A DNA stretch of 63,318 bases, filler included, from Octopus bimaculoides (GCF_001194135.2; 6 parts of 5 records of this genome joined end to end with filler, not necessarily neighbours in it); one strand, 5' to 3'. Counted from the whole stretch's first letter, positions 37,127-50,934 are shown. Made by a program: numbers and translations. Notes: generated by a model from the letters alone, not told the origin.

Positions 37127-38999
37127 NNNNNNNNNNNNNNNNNNNNNNNNNNNNNNNNNNNNNNNNNNNNTTAATTAATTAANNNNNNNNNNNNNNNNNN
37201 NNNNNNNNNNNNNNNNNNNNNNNNNNATATATATATATATATATACAGAAACACACATGTATATGCATGTGGGTATGGGAAACGTGTGTATTTATGCTGC
37301 AACGCGTGTAGAAGTAGGTAGATGAAAGCAATAAGCTAATATAATGCGTAGAAATTGAGAATATAATAAAGATACACCTTTAGGCTTTCTTTTTAGATCA
37401 ACTTCTCTAGTTTCGTTTACAGTCTGTAAATAATATTAATAATCTTCAAAGTTTAATAGACTTTTGATATTAAAAGAATTACCATTACATGATATACCGA
37501 CGTGTGTTATTAAAGCAATATTGAAAGATTGAAAATGATGCAAAGCAAAATAATATTCTCATGCTTTATGCACCATTCTCTGGCGAAATAATTTAATTGG
37601 TATTTTAAAGGGATGATATTGGCATTTAAGATTTAATTAGTGAGATATATAGAAGGAAATCCATAAACAAGCGATAAATATTTTCTTCCAAAGATTTACT
37701 TCCGAGTGTGAAAATAAATTCACATTAATCATCAGATAAGTAATATTTGTATGCAATATATAGTATATCAATAATTATGCTGACTCTCACGTATTTTTGA
37801 AATTAATTTATCCGAAAATGTTATACCGTGAGAAAACATTGTCTGTAAAGATTAATACATAAAACTTTAAAAACTTTAAACTCGGCATGATATATTTAAT
37901 ACATATTTTGCAAGAATGACCCCTATGCAACTTCTCTATTTCTTTTTATAAGAATAACATTTATACAAACAATAATAGTAACTAAAACACTAATAGAATC
38001 TTTATCAGTATCAATGTGAATGACTACGAAAGTAGTAAGATAAATCAAAATCTTAACACGAGCCTATAAGGAGCTTTGTCCTCGTTCACGCTGTCTATAG
38101 CAAACATCAACTAAATCTACAATCGGCTATGTTTGGGAAGAAAAATAAAGAGTTATGAAAACTTTTCTCTCTTCAGCTTCAACATATTCTGAAAGATATA
38201 TAATGCGTGCTGTTCACATCGTGGTTTTGACAATCGCTGGTGAAAAGTCTTTGATTTTTGTGTCGGAATCAAAATTACTTCATTCTCAGTTTTGAATTCT
38301 GGATTTCGGAGAGTGACAAGATTTCTCTTTATTCTCGACCGTTATTTATTTTCTTAGTTACCGACCATATAGAGTAAACGGTACTATTGTTTGCACCCAA
38401 CATTCTGTTACCCACCCCATTTAATGCAGATTTTATGTTAAATACACACGGTTTCTGTAATTGTTTATCCTTTCTCCTCAAAATATCTGTTTCTTCTCCG
38501 AAAACTTATATTTGTTGACATGCTCTAAGATTTTGTACATGTTTTGTAGTTAAACGTATTAGCTTGGCTGCGTTTCATACTAGATACTTTTGTAGCCCTC
38601 AGTTTTATCAGTTAATCACCTTACAGTTTTCACTACGGCTAGTTGCTGTTGTTAGTGCTATTTAAAAAAAAAATATGATTACTCTGATAGCACAGACATA
38701 CGGTCAAGCCAGCCAGTCATTCAACATTCTGTTTTTGTCATATATCTGCATTATTTGAGATGAGTTTATTCTTAACGATTGAGTGGGATTTGATGGTGAT
38801 TTGGCTACTATTTATTCGCTAAGAGAGTGATCCCATGGAATCTCTCTTATATATCGTTTTGTCCTTATTGACAAGATATGCTATGTTATGATATGTGCAT
38901 TTCACTCACGCATTGTTTCATTGCTGTTGCATTCATATTCTTTCAAAATCATTAGTAGCGTAATTGAAGTTACACGGAGATCACATCTCTTTAGCCATG

Positions 39000-39047
39000 T
39001 TCATTTGATACGCACGCATCACCTTCATTTGATACGCACGCATCACC
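39000..39047. repeat. Exact 24-bp tandem duplication
   Basis: TTCATTTGATACGCACGCATCACC x2. Confidence 0.95.
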
Positions 39048-39666
39048 TATGAAACGATTGTGTTTCGCATTAGCTACACGATAATTCGCCTCGGGCTCAA
39101 GAAATATCAAAACAAATGATTCTTTCAAATGAAGTTTCGAACAATTACGTACAGAGATCAATGTTTGAGCACCACAACATGCAAACATGAATTCAGGCAA
39201 TTTGAATATCCGTTTCCGGTACGTTTCTAGAAATAATATTACATATCGGAAATATTTCCTTCTATACCTTAGCATATTCAAGAATTATTTGATGCTTTAT
39301 ATGACGTATTATGTGAACAAAACGATTTATGATAGCACAAGGAATTGTATTGTACATTTTCGAGCTTATTGATTCTGCTTCGCCATATCAGTAGTAAAGA
39401 AATCATTTTTTCACTGGTGAATTTGAATTATCATATCATATGATAATACGGATTTCTTAAAGAACAAATAATGATATTTGCTTTCATAATTATACATTAA
39501 ACCATACGGAATTATATTAATGACACAGGCATAACAATTTGACCAATAAGTTTGTTTGGCCTCGATTCGGATTAGCTCGGCGGGAATTCGAATCTGTTCT
39601 GGCCACAAACTGATCAATTTATTGTGAGTGAAATTTAGTAGAAAGAATATACTTGGAAGATCGTCG

Positions 39667-39705
<39 letters not shown>

Positions 39706-39855
39706 TTAAAATTAATTTACGAAGGTATCATTAACTCTATTATTATCCAACGTAACTATTTTAAGAATGATAATACCAGGATCAATGAGACAGGCGACAG
39801 CACGCCAAAAATAGCATTAAATAGCCGAGGGATTAAAATTAATCAAAGGACATAG

Positions 39856-39968
39856 TAAGTATGTCTACCTGCTTGAAATAACAGTCAAAATTCTTTATTA
39901 AATCGTATGTAGTTTTGGCGATTTAATAACGAATTTTGACTGTTATTTCAAGCAGGTAGATATACTTA
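39856..39968. repeat. Short palindromic (MITE-like) element, 50-bp arms, 13-nt loop
   Basis: 39856-39905 vs reverse complement of 39919-39968: 48 of 50 identical. Confidence 0.88.
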
Positions 39969-40019
39969 GTATATCCTTTGATTAATTTATATATATACAT
40001 ATATATATATATATATGCT

Positions 40020-40130
40020 GTGAGCTCGCGAGTGCCTAGGTTCACGTATATTAGCATGTCCGCATGTTTCATTCCTGAACCGGGTGTCGCTTTGTATTCT
40101 TGAGTAAGCCACAACTCTGCCCTGTAACTA
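40020..40130 (+). mobile_element. Degraded SINE S3-like head
   Basis: CCTGAACCGGGTGTCGCTTTGTATTCTTGAGTAAGCCAC resembles ACCGGACTGCTTGTTGTGTTCTTGAGCAAGACAC at 14890. Confidence 0.45.
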
Positions 40131-40441
40131 TTGCTGTAACAAGTGATATTCAGGTGCTGATGATTGACAAAGATTATATCGAAGGCAATAATACAAATAG
40201 TAATAATTATGAGAATAATACATAAAAGTATTACATGTATAGATGAATAACAATAATAATAAAAGCACTCGTGAAATTCTGGTGAAAAATTCCTAAGCAT
40301 TAACATGTAACACACATTACCATTATCATTAACATTAACACACATACACGCTCGCGTATGTAAATTGAATAGACAAGTATACAGATAAACTCTGTGTGCT
40401 CACACATTCTACGCACACGATCATACATACCCGCACACAAT

Positions 40442-40481
<40 letters not shown>

Positions 40482-41744
40482 CTCTATATAGGTTCATAGA
40501 TGTATTGATGAAGAATGGGGATGTGAAAGGGAGATAATCTTACACTTATACACGTGCTTTGTTCATTCCTTCACTGTAGCCTTAGAAGAATTGTCTCCAA
40601 AATATCGGTTTAATTATATGTACAAGGGATTAGCTGAATTTCTATTAATTAGTGTTATGGTATACTACTACCTGTTTCATATATAGTACCTGAAGATTTT
40701 CTATATGTTAGCCATTTCACAAAGCACTTTAAGCTGAAATTCTCCATTAGCATCATTAAAATAAATGTTTCAAGTACTTGGTGAACACTTTATCTTCGTG
40801 TTGTTCACATTAGGTTCGTCAGCCAAGCTTAGTTAATTTCTCTTCAATCAATATTCTAGGAAATTCACTTGAATATAGTACTACAATCCTAAGATATATT
40901 CCTTGTTATACTAATCGTTCATTTGATAAGCTCCTGCGGCTATATTCCAAGTGGCGGTTGAACCTTATTATTACTATATCCGTTTGCATTCGTATGCAAT
41001 GAAACAAGACAATTAACTTGGTTTAGGGAAGAAAGCAGCTATGGCAGGCTATGAAACATCAACCTTTAAGTTGATAGTTTGACCTTCCGCAACTGGACGA
41101 GCTGTGAATTAGTGAAAGTGGGGAAAACAAAAAGAAACGGAAAATGCAATTATCTGATATCTTAATGGGATGAAATTATGAGCACGTTACAAAATGGAAT
41201 AAGTAGAAACAACAGACATTAAAAATAAAATAATCAAAGGAAGGGAAACATAAAAAACATTACCTAGAACGAAAGTAAACAATAAATTATATCGGAATTC
41301 GAAATAATATCATTGAAAAATAAAGAAACAATAATCTAGGAAATTACTGATGTTGTTAAGTTCTTACTAATCTGAACTTTAAAAGAAATGTTTGAGAAAA
41401 TATCTTCTCAAATTACGCATGCAAAGGAAAATGAAACGAAATTTGATTAATGAATCAATCGATAGTGGTTCTTTTTTTTTTCTGTGTTAGTACTAAAAGA
41501 TCAGTTGCAGAATGCGTAATAATATTCTTTTATCTATATTTCATTGTATTTATATTCCTGACAACATTTTAACAAATAACGAAACTATAATGAATTAAAG
41601 AAAAATGGAATTCTGTTCAAATTAATTCTAATCGTTTATTGTTGCGTATTAAACGGTGACACAAGTACAAATATAATTAAATGTGTTATTCTAGCTAAAA
41701 CTGCAGTCTAGCATACACATACACATACACACGTATATGTATGT

Positions 41745-44365
41745 ACGTTGTTTTCTGTTTGTAAAAATTTAAATTCTTCCTCTGCAACAAAGATACAAAC
41801 CACTATCGTTTGAATGTAGATAGCAAAAGCAATGTCACATTTTAAACATGAGAAAATCTTGCAAATTTTTACTGCCTCGCTTACAGATTGTATAAGTTAT
41901 GTGCGAGGTGGTTGGTTGAGTTCTTTTCCTGAAAGCCTTAACTTATCCAGATTGTCACTTAGGTGTTTACTCACAGAAAGAAGTGCACCAATTATTATTG
42001 GTGTAAAAATGAATTTATAATCTGGATAGACAAGCTGGAAGTTTCGAATAAGTTGTCCATATCTATCGTCTTTCGCTTTGATTTTCAAAGAGACATTCAC
42101 ATCAGTAGAACAGTTGCCCTGTATGAGGGAACATAATTTTTCTGTCCCCCACCCCCCAAAAATATATGTGGCCTGTGATGTTTACACTTAACAAATAGTT
42201 TGATGCGAATATTCCATCAGTATTCCTTGTATTGATGTTGGTGTATATGTTCAATAACAGGAAGCTTCTTTATATTTATTTGAGGATACTCTTATTTCCG
42301 AATAACATTGTATATTAGTTTTTGCGACAACATCGTGTCACATACGGAGTTAGCACTCTGATGACATTTTTGGGCACCTGCTAATCGCTTGTGTGATGTA
42401 TTCTACAGGAATTTGATATAATCTACATATTCAACTGCGTCTTGGAGCTCAAAGGGCTTCACTGTCCCTTTTGTTACTTAGATATTTCGTAGCGATCTCC
42501 TGTTCTTGTATTGAAATTCAATACTTTCGAAGTGTGATGTGATGTAGCGGTCATGAGTTCGAAAGAGGCTTCACTTCATCTCGATATTACCTTCAAGTCT
42601 TCTTCAAGTCTTCGGAAAACCCCTATACATAGTACTTTTAGGTCTGCTGAGAGGTTCATAACAGGTCTTCTTTGATATATGTTATTCCTGCTGTCTTTGT
42701 GTGTGTGTGTGTGTGTGGTGGCTTGTTGTATGGGAAGTTATCAGGAAGAGAGTGCCTCCTGGGGAGTTCGCTGCAGCTGCGTAGGATATTATCCTCTTCA
42801 CTTTTCAGCATTAATTAAATGTATGCATTTTTGATATTATTTAGCAAGTGCTGTCTGGAAGGGACTATATGATATTCGAAGGCTGTCTGCGCTCATCTCC
42901 AGTTTCCATCTCCATCTCTCTTTTGGGTAGAGTCTGTCGATATCACTATTTCTGTGGAGATTTTTCAGTGGACGTCAGCATCTTGCGAGTTTTAATGTTT
43001 TTACAAACCAGGGAAGTATCTCAGATATTGGAATCAGCACTAGTACTACAAAAGCATTGTTTTGTTGTAAGACAAGAATTCCAACTGCCATAGTTTTCTA
43101 GGTCTGGCATAATATTCTCGGGTCACTATCTTTATCCACAGTACATTCGTATGTTATGTTATCATCAATGCCTAGGTTTTTGTAGCATTCTTTGCGTGGA
43201 ACAAGAGAGATAGCGAAACCACTGGTACACTTGTGTTGGGGACTGATATTCCCCGTTCAACAAACAAATATGAACATTTTGTTTGGCCAAATTCCATTCT
43301 TATGCCAGCTGAAAACGTTGTTATCAATTCCAGTTCTTTGTGTGGCATTGTTAATATTTTTACTATAAATCTTGAGGTCTTCCACAACAAATTATGGGTT
43401 TCATTAATATCTCTAGCAGTTGTTTACCCGTGCATTTAGCCATTTGATTTTTGTCGCAGAAATGATAATGGTTTTAATGCCAAAAATGAAGAGAATTACA
43501 GAAAGTCTATCCCCCTGGAATATTCCTTTTAGAATATTCACTTTTAAACATTGGAGACGATCGTTTCGCTCTCAGTTCTAAGTGTAAGAATTGTTGCTCA
43601 AGTCTTTGTGAGCCGTGAATGGCAACAATTTAGGAAGTTGACACTTTTGCCAAATGTAGACAATGATATATTGTTGAAAAAGTGGAAAAGTTTTCAACGA
43701 ACTGTGATTTGAGGATAATTCTTAGGAGCACATGTTCCAAAGTGTTGTCTCTGTTAAGTCAGCTATATTTGGAGATAAACGAAAATTTAGTGATGGTGGA
43801 AGCGGTTTTACATTATTTTCGACTTCTCTTTTGGCAGGTTTCGGCTAATTCTCAGTATTTTGAGGAGATCGATTGACATCACATGAGCAAATTATTTTTG
43901 AAAGGAAGATGATTATTGCCGAAGCTGTATTGCAGTGAAGATGCTTAAGCTGGGAGTGATCATCGTCCCAGTATTTTTAAACCGCTTCATATATCTGATT
44001 GTAGGGTCACCCCGGGCTTTTTCCTAACATCGATGTACTTCTTGGTTTAGCTGTATAGTCCAAGTAGAATGAGAAGAGTACTTTCGTCTTTTTGTTTTAT
44101 AGTTTACTTGTGCTGTATTGCTGTATTCATAGGTAATGTTATTAATTGCAGCGAAATTCCTCGTGGTATAAGGTATATCTTTTAAAAACCGGTCTAAATA
44201 ACGCAACGTTGGTAAGTAAAGGGTGTTTCTTTTCATTTATATTTGGAAAAATAAGCCTGTTATTGGTGTAGGCTGGAGAATACGGCGTAAATATAAAAAG
44301 AAACGTTCAGAGCCAAATTTTAAACGATCGTCTAAGACTGAACATCTGATGCTATTGGCGCTATC
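41745..44365 (-). mobile_element. 5'-truncated decayed R4-like RT+RLE element of the (CATA)n-associated lineage
   Basis: Minus-strand NILKGIFQGDRLSVILF, ELELITTFSAGIRMEFGQTKCSYL, VKCKHHRPH, YGQLIRNFQLVYPDYKFIFTPIIIGAL. Confidence 0.88.
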
Positions 44366-44368
44366 TGC

Positions 44369-44426
44369 ATGTATGTATGTATGTATGTATGTATGTATGT
44401 ATGTATGTATGTATGTATGTATGTAT
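44369..44426. repeat. (ATGT)n microsatellite at the 5' junction of the R4-like element
   Basis: Direct reading. Confidence 0.97.
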
Positions 44427-45569
44427 GCGCGTGTACTTCCACTTGCATACGATAGCTTAATGTTATATGAGGGTTTTCGAATATCTAGTTTCCCAAATAT
44501 TTTACACAATGTTAAATCATATTCATATTTGTCATATTTTAACAAATTATCTCTAAATTCCATATGGAATTAAAATGAAACCGAATTTTAAAGAAAAATA
44601 AATTTATCGCTATACCTGCTATTCAATCATGCGTGTTTTCTCCAAAAGATTCCCTTCCTTTACAGTTTTGGAACACACCTTGGAAGATGATTCTGAATGG
44701 ACTGTGTAGCTCAATGGATAGCTTTTCCGCTGAGACAAAGAGAGTTAGGTATATCAAGTTAGAATGATTTGCATAATGAAGCTTAAGTACTAAATGCCGT
44801 ACGTAAAAAAAAAAATCTCATTTTATCAAGATTTTTCCATAAGAAGCTAAAGAAAATATAAACTGTTAGCGACTCGTCTCACAAAAAAAAGGATGTAATT
44901 TGAGGAATACTCCAACAAAACGCATTCATTTTATATTACATGCTGTGGGGACGAATATTCTGGTATCTTTGGCAGGTAGGTGGCAACTGTTTACATATGT
45001 TTCAATATATCAAGGTTCATCGACATAGTCCAGTTTGTCAGATCATGCATATCTAAATGTAGTTCCAGAAAATACTGTGTAACAGACTAAGTAAGCAAAT
45101 AAATTTAGTACTATATGCAGGAAGTTTTCTATTGCAGTGACATCATGAAAACAATTTTCTCATTATTAAGTCATTTAGCAGAGAATGGCAGTGCCTATGG
45201 TGAATGAATATTCTCCTAGACTTAATGCTTTGATAGGATTGTTGTTTACTTTGAACACTGTTGGACGACGTCCTTAGTATGCAAAAGGGGCACGTAGATT
45301 ATTGTACAGGTGTAGGAAACAAGAAAATACGAGTGATACGATAGACTAACACCTCAACTAATGGGTGAGCAATCTGTCTTTTTGTTTTTGACTTAAGGTG
45401 TGCCAGCTGTAATAATTTCATTCCTCTTCAATGAATATTCGACGTTTTCTCTTGAATGTAATCCTGCTATCTGATCTTATACTTCATATATAGCGGCAAA
45501 TTAAAAATTAGAGCAAGCTCTACTGATATTTGGCAGCTGCTATTTGAACATTAATAATATATACTTTTG

Positions 45570-46330
45570 TAATGGTGATAAAACGGTTCAGCAGGGTACA
45601 GAAGCATTGCCTGTCATCAGACTGAAATCCATGTCAGCATGAGAGAAAAATTCCATCAGTAGCTACAGTTCCGGCAGTGTGTGGATTGTAGCTATCGCGA
45701 CATTAGTGAACATGTCACTGATGATGAATGATACACATAGATTTTCTTAGCTCTGAGGCGAGATAGATTGAAGTTCCTTCCATATGACCCTGTATGTAGA
45801 TAAATTCCACTATTGCATCACTAAAAAATATGGTTCAGCAGCATAGTGAAAAAGATTTCAAACAGGGTAAGAGAGGGTTCACAGCTTTCTTTTATGCCGT
45901 TGAAAATATTGAAGCAGCCACGGAAGCTACTATTGATTACTGTTCATTAGTCCATTAGCACTGCTCACTTGATGTTGATATGCATGAATTACATAAGAAA
46001 TGCCTTCACCGTGGAACAGGTTGATCATATTGATGAAGTTGATGAAGCCGACACACAAGAGCGTTTGTTCCAGTCGGTAATTCTTGTTGATGAAAGTAGA
46101 AGGCCATATCAACTACTGATCTTTCAGTCCGGAAACTGCATTGTGACTTTTGATTTAGAGGTCCGGTCAGTCTCTGCAGGCAATTCAAGGTGATCAGATC
46201 TTAAGTCTTCCTGAGAAAATTAAGGATAGCAATGACTCTAAAATTGGTTCAATCGCCTTCCTCGTAGACAGAGTGGTAATCATAGCATTCCTCTTACGTT
46301 GAGCTGCAGCACATCCTTACTGGCACTGAT
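45570..46330 (-). mobile_element. Decayed RTE-clade LINE reverse transcriptase fragment
   Basis: Minus-strand NAMITTL, GD*TNFRVIAILNFL, KSQCSFRTERSVVDMAF, LLCVGFINF, FNGIKESC..LTLFEIFFTMLLNH, GIYLHTGSYGRNFNLSRLRAK, matching RTE RT motifs (ESQCGFR..RSTxDMIF; GIYLHTRSDGKLFNLSRLRAK). Confidence 0.88.
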
Positions 46331-46655
46331 TGACATGCTCACTTCCGAATTACACAGTTCCGGATTCGATATCACTGAATGATATCTTCTTCAAGTATCT
46401 ATGAAAACTAGGTGAAACTAAACTATATTAATGTCTGCATCAATGTCGAGAAAAGACGAAGCGTCATAAAGTAAGCGTAGAACAGAACACACACATATGC
46501 TTATGTGTACACACACACACACGCACACTACACACACAAACACACACACACACATACAATCCTAATCGTCTTTCACCCCCACTCTATCATGTGTAAACTC
46601 CTTGTGCCATAGAAAAACTGATTCTCCGCTCATACAAAATAATCCGTTAGCACTC

Positions 46656-46701
46656 TGAAGACAATTTGAAAGTTGTCTAGCGGACTTTCAAATTGTCTTC
46701 A
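46656..46701. repeat. 18-bp perfect inverted repeat with 10-nt loop
   Basis: TGAAGACAATTTGAAAGT / ACTTTCAAATTGTCTTCA. Confidence 0.9.
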
Positions 46702-46907
46702 TATTCGACTGCGTTCTGTAAAGTGGTCAGGTGTGTTTAGCAGGATGTGTTCAAAGTGCTGTTGAAGCCGTCTCCTTCAACCTGGAGTATTTATGTTGGT
46801 AGATCAGGCTATTAGATTTATAGTAATGATATACCAAAATTAGAATAATCTAGCACAGCGATAACTGCCTCTCAGAGAGTCTCAAACCTTCTTGAATATA
46901 CCTCATA

Positions 46908-47108
46908 TACGAGATGATGCTGAAAAGTTCCTAATTTTGGGTAAAATTAAATACACGAAGATCAGTTAATAATGATTTTATTCAACATATTATCGCAGAT
47001 TCACACACTTATTGCAGCAGATCTTCAATTTTCTCAAGTCCTGTAAAAGAACTCGGAAGGTTAAACCTCCAGCTAGGCCTTTCCTTTCGCAATACCCTTA
47101 AAGCCATG
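46908..47108 (-). mobile_element. Mariner-type DNA transposon remnant: transposase C-terminus plus right end
   Basis: Minus-strand PSEFF / LRKLKICCNKCVNLR*YVE* resembles the mariner C-terminal motif; terminus TACGAGATGATGCTGAAAAGTTCC preceded by TA. Confidence 0.78.
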
Positions 47109-47109
47109 C

Positions 47110-47163
<54 letters not shown>

Positions 47164-47263
47164 NNNNNNNNNNNNNNNNNNNNNNNNNNNNNNNNNNNNN
47201 NNNNNNNTTAATTAATTAANNNNNNNNNNNNNNNNNNNNNNNNNNNNNNNNNNNNNNNNNNNN

Positions 47264-47322
47264 ATTTTTTTTATTTTATCTAGTTTCAGCTCAGGAGCTG
47301 TGGCCATGCTGGGGCACCGCCA
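47264..47322 (-). mobile_element. Short 3' terminal fragment of the S1/LINE tail family
   Basis: Reverse complement GGCGGTGCCCCAGCATGGCCACAGCTCCTGAGCTGAAACTAGATAAAAT. Confidence 0.75.
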
Positions 47323-47429
47323 TTTGTTGTTGCTACGTAATTTTACTTCACGAATGCTTTTTAGGAATTGACATTTGGTGCATGAGAGAATTCGATGCAG
47401 CTGCCCTCATCTGTACATCCTGCCGCACC

Positions 47430-47513
47430 TCAACACAATCATCATCATCTTCATCAATGTAATCATTGTTGTCACCTTCATTAGAGACTTTGTCATCATC
47501 ATCATCATCATCA

Positions 47514-47549
<36 letters not shown>

Positions 47550-47699
47550 TCATCGTTATTGTAATCATCTTTATCTTCATCGCCGTCCTCATCACCAGTG
47601 TCTTCGTCACCCTAATCTTAATTACGTCCTCCTCCTTCTCCTCTTCCTTCGCCCCCTTCTTAACATCACCACCACCACCACCACCACCACCACCATCAT

Positions 47700-47752
<53 letters not shown>

Positions 47753-47820
47753 CTATCATCTCCAACATTATCGCCTCCAACATTATCGTCTCCTACATTG
47801 CTCATTACATCACCACACAA
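47430..47820. repeat. Compound (CAT)n/(CGT)n/(CAC)n trinucleotide tract
   Basis: Direct reading. Confidence 0.93.
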
Positions 47821-48732
47821 CGTTCATCCCGGTTATTCCATTTTCAATGCCCATATATATATTTCCTACTTCTTTTTCGTCGGCCAGCTCAGTTGTAGCT
47901 CCGGGAGGCCTTAGTGCATCTGTTCCATTCTTTCTTATTTAGTTTTGTTCTTACTCATTTGCCTTCTTTGTTTTGTTTTGTTTTTTTGTTTGGTATCACA
48001 TTAATATTACTCTACATAGTAATATGAGTATGCAATAAATGCCTTGTAGCATAGCTTTCTGTATGACGTAGAGAAACGCATGTAAACCTGCGATGTTATA
48101 TATGTATTTATATATATATATATATATANNNNNNNNNNNNNNNNNNNNNNNNNNNNNNNNNNNNNNNNNNNNNNNNNNNNNNNNNNNNNNNNNNNNNNNN
48201 NNNNNNNNNNNNNNNNNNNNNNNNNNNNNNNNNNNNNNNNNNNNNNNNNNNNNNNNNNNNNNNNNNNNNNNNNNNNNNNNNNNNNNNNNNNNNNNNNNNN
48301 NNNNNNNNNNNNNNNNNNNNNNNNNNNNNNNNNNNNNNNNNNNNNNNNNNNNNNNNNNNNNNNNNNNNNNNNNNNNNNNNNNNNNNNNNNNNNNNNNNNN
48401 NNNNNNNNNNNNNNNNNNNNNNNNNNNNNNNNNNNNNNNNNNNNNNNNNNNNNNNNNNNNNNNNNNNNNNNNNNNNNNNNNNNNNNNNNNNNNNNNNNNN
48501 NNNNNNNNNNNNNNNNNNNNNNNNNNNNNNNNNNNNNNNNNNNNNNNNNNNNNNNNNNNNNNNNNNNNNNNNNNNNNNNNNNNNNNNNNNNNNNNNNNNN
48601 NNNNNNNNNNNNNNNNNNNNNNNNNNNNNNNNNNNNNNNNNNNNNNNNNNNNNNNNNNNNNNNNNNNNNNNNNNNNNNNNNNNNNNNNNNNNNNNNNNNN
48701 NNNNNNNNNNNNNNNNNNNNNNNNNNNNNNNN

Positions 48733-48765
<33 letters not shown>

Positions 48766-48786
48766 CATACATATATATATCCTTAT

Positions 48787-48818
<32 letters not shown>

Positions 48819-49005
48819 ACACATATGCTTGTATCTTAGTTAATGAGTCCCAAGGCTCATATTATTACGCGGATAGTTTCTATGTGATTCCCAGATTCTG
48901 CTTATCACCGATTGCAGAGCTTCATATTTCAAACGCTGTTCTATTTCCTTTAGAGATATAAATTGTACATTTTTTTTTTGCATATTGGAAGTGATACATC
49001 GATTA

Positions 49006-49040
<35 letters not shown>

Positions 49041-49602
49041 GATTGTTTTATTACTTGTTATATTACCAATGTTAACAGTAATAGTGATTATGATACATAT
49101 TTTGTACTTGTACTCTCTTCTGATTTCAGTCATTGGAGCGCGACCATGCTAGGATACTGCCATCGATCATATCGATCCTGGCGCTTATTTCAGTCTGATA
49201 TTTATTTTGTCGAATACAGTTGATTGAAAGTTCACGGTGCGGCTTTTTGTCGTGAAAAACCGCTACTCAACATACTGCAAGCACACGTGCTTGAAACACT
49301 CACTCACACACGCTTGTAGAGAGAGACGCACACACTAAGATTCAAACAGGTACACATGCGAATACGTATACACGTACAGACGTACATGTATACACGCATA
49401 CATACGTACACGGTGCTTCAATTCCGACATATATGCAGGCGTGCTTGCATACAAATGAACAGGCATACATAAATACAGGCAAAAACATACACACGCAAAG
49501 GTAGCTAAATTGATATAGACACAGACAAATAGACAGACAGATAGGCAGACAGGTTGGCAGAGAGAGAGATAGATAGACAGATAGATAGATAGNNNNNNNN
49601 NN

Positions 49603-49647
<45 letters not shown>

Positions 49648-49714
49648 GTGTACACCAGGCACATACATCACAACTATATGTACGCGACATGGTGACATCA
49701 TATCAAGATTAACA

Positions 49715-50090
49715 ACGTATAACCTCCAGGTGGGGCCCAGTTAGAGTTTTACTCAGGTCGAGTAGCCCACCCTGCTCGAATGCTCTCTGAATAAGGCTTG
49801 TTTTAAGGATGATGAACAAAACAGTTATGTCCCCAGAGGTGGATTACTCAAACTCCAAAGAATACTTCTCAACACATTGCTTGCGATCAGAGATGCACAT
49901 ATTGTCAGCCATTAAGGGACATGCTCAACTGGTTAAGGTCAAACAACTAACAAATAAATTTGTGGTATTGAGTAGAATATTTACTGTAGCGCATATTTTA
50001 TACCAAGACAAAGCAATGTGCATGTACTTCCAATCAGCTAAGATGAGAAGCCATGAAAGCCACAGCTAGATACTGTATCAAGGCATTTAT
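49715..50090. repeat. Interspersed repeat (SINE-like) recognised from memory of octopus high-copy repeats
   Basis: GATCAGAGATGCACATATTGTCAGCCATTAAGGGACATGCTCAACTGG motif, ending next to (ATT)n; no second copy in this window. Confidence 0.45.
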
Positions 50091-50199
50091 TATGATTATT
50101 ATTATTATTATTATTATTATTTCAAATTATTTCATCCATCTCTACGATAATTACCGAGGTTTCCCGAAGATGTGCACGGTTTCTACGCGCCGAGTGCAA

Positions 50200-50305
50200 C
50201 GTGAAATGAAATGTTTTGCTCAAGAACACAACACACCGCCCAATCTAGGAATTGAAACAACGATCTCGCGGTCTATAGTGTAACACCCTAACCACTAGGC
50301 CATTG
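50200..50305 (-). mobile_element. SINE S3 head
   Basis: GTGAAATGAAATGTTTTGCTCAAGAACACAAC...CCCTAACCACTAGGCCAT (reverse of a tRNA-like A/B-box head). Confidence 0.75.
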
Positions 50306-50473
50306 ATCTCAGAATGTTTAGACGGATGAAACACCACTAAGCATTTTACTCGGAGTGCTAAGGATTTTGCCAGATTGTCATAATAATAATAATAGACCTC
50401 TCAACTATAGACACAAGGCCTGGAATTCGTTGTGATGCGGATATTATCATTATTAATAATAATAGTAATAATG

Positions 50474-50704
50474 CTCTTTACTCTCTCTTTTACTCTTTTA
50501 CTTGTTTCAGTCATTTGACTGCGGCCATGCTGGAGCACCGCCTTTAGTCGAGCAAATCGACCCCCGGACTTATTCTTTGTAAGCCTAGTACTTATTCTAT
50601 CGGTCTCTTTGCCGAACCGCTAAGTTACGGGGACTTAAACACACCAGCATCGATTGTCAAGCAATGCTAGGGGGACAAACACAGACACACAAACATACAC
50701 ACAC

Positions 50705-50750
<46 letters not shown>

Positions 50751-50934
50751 TTATTTATGGGTTTCAGCCAGGTGGCTGTGGTCGGCTTCTTTCAGTTTCC
50801 ATCTACCAAATCCACTCACAAGGCTTTGGTCGGCCCGAGGCTATAGTAGAAGACATTTGCCCAAGGTACCACGCAGTAGGACTGAACCCAGAACCATGTG
50901 GTTGGTAAGCAAGCTACTTACCACACAGCCACTC
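50474..50934 (-). mobile_element. SINE S1, well preserved, near full length
   Basis: (CTCTTTTA)n tail, GTTTCAGTCATTTGACTGCGGCCATGCTGGAGCACCGCC, internal (TA)n, head ...GCTACTTACCACACAGCCACTC. Confidence 0.95.

Noticed and set aside
47375-47820. Poly-Asp/Gly and poly-Ile/Val ORFs
   Set aside because: Translation of compound trinucleotide repeats.
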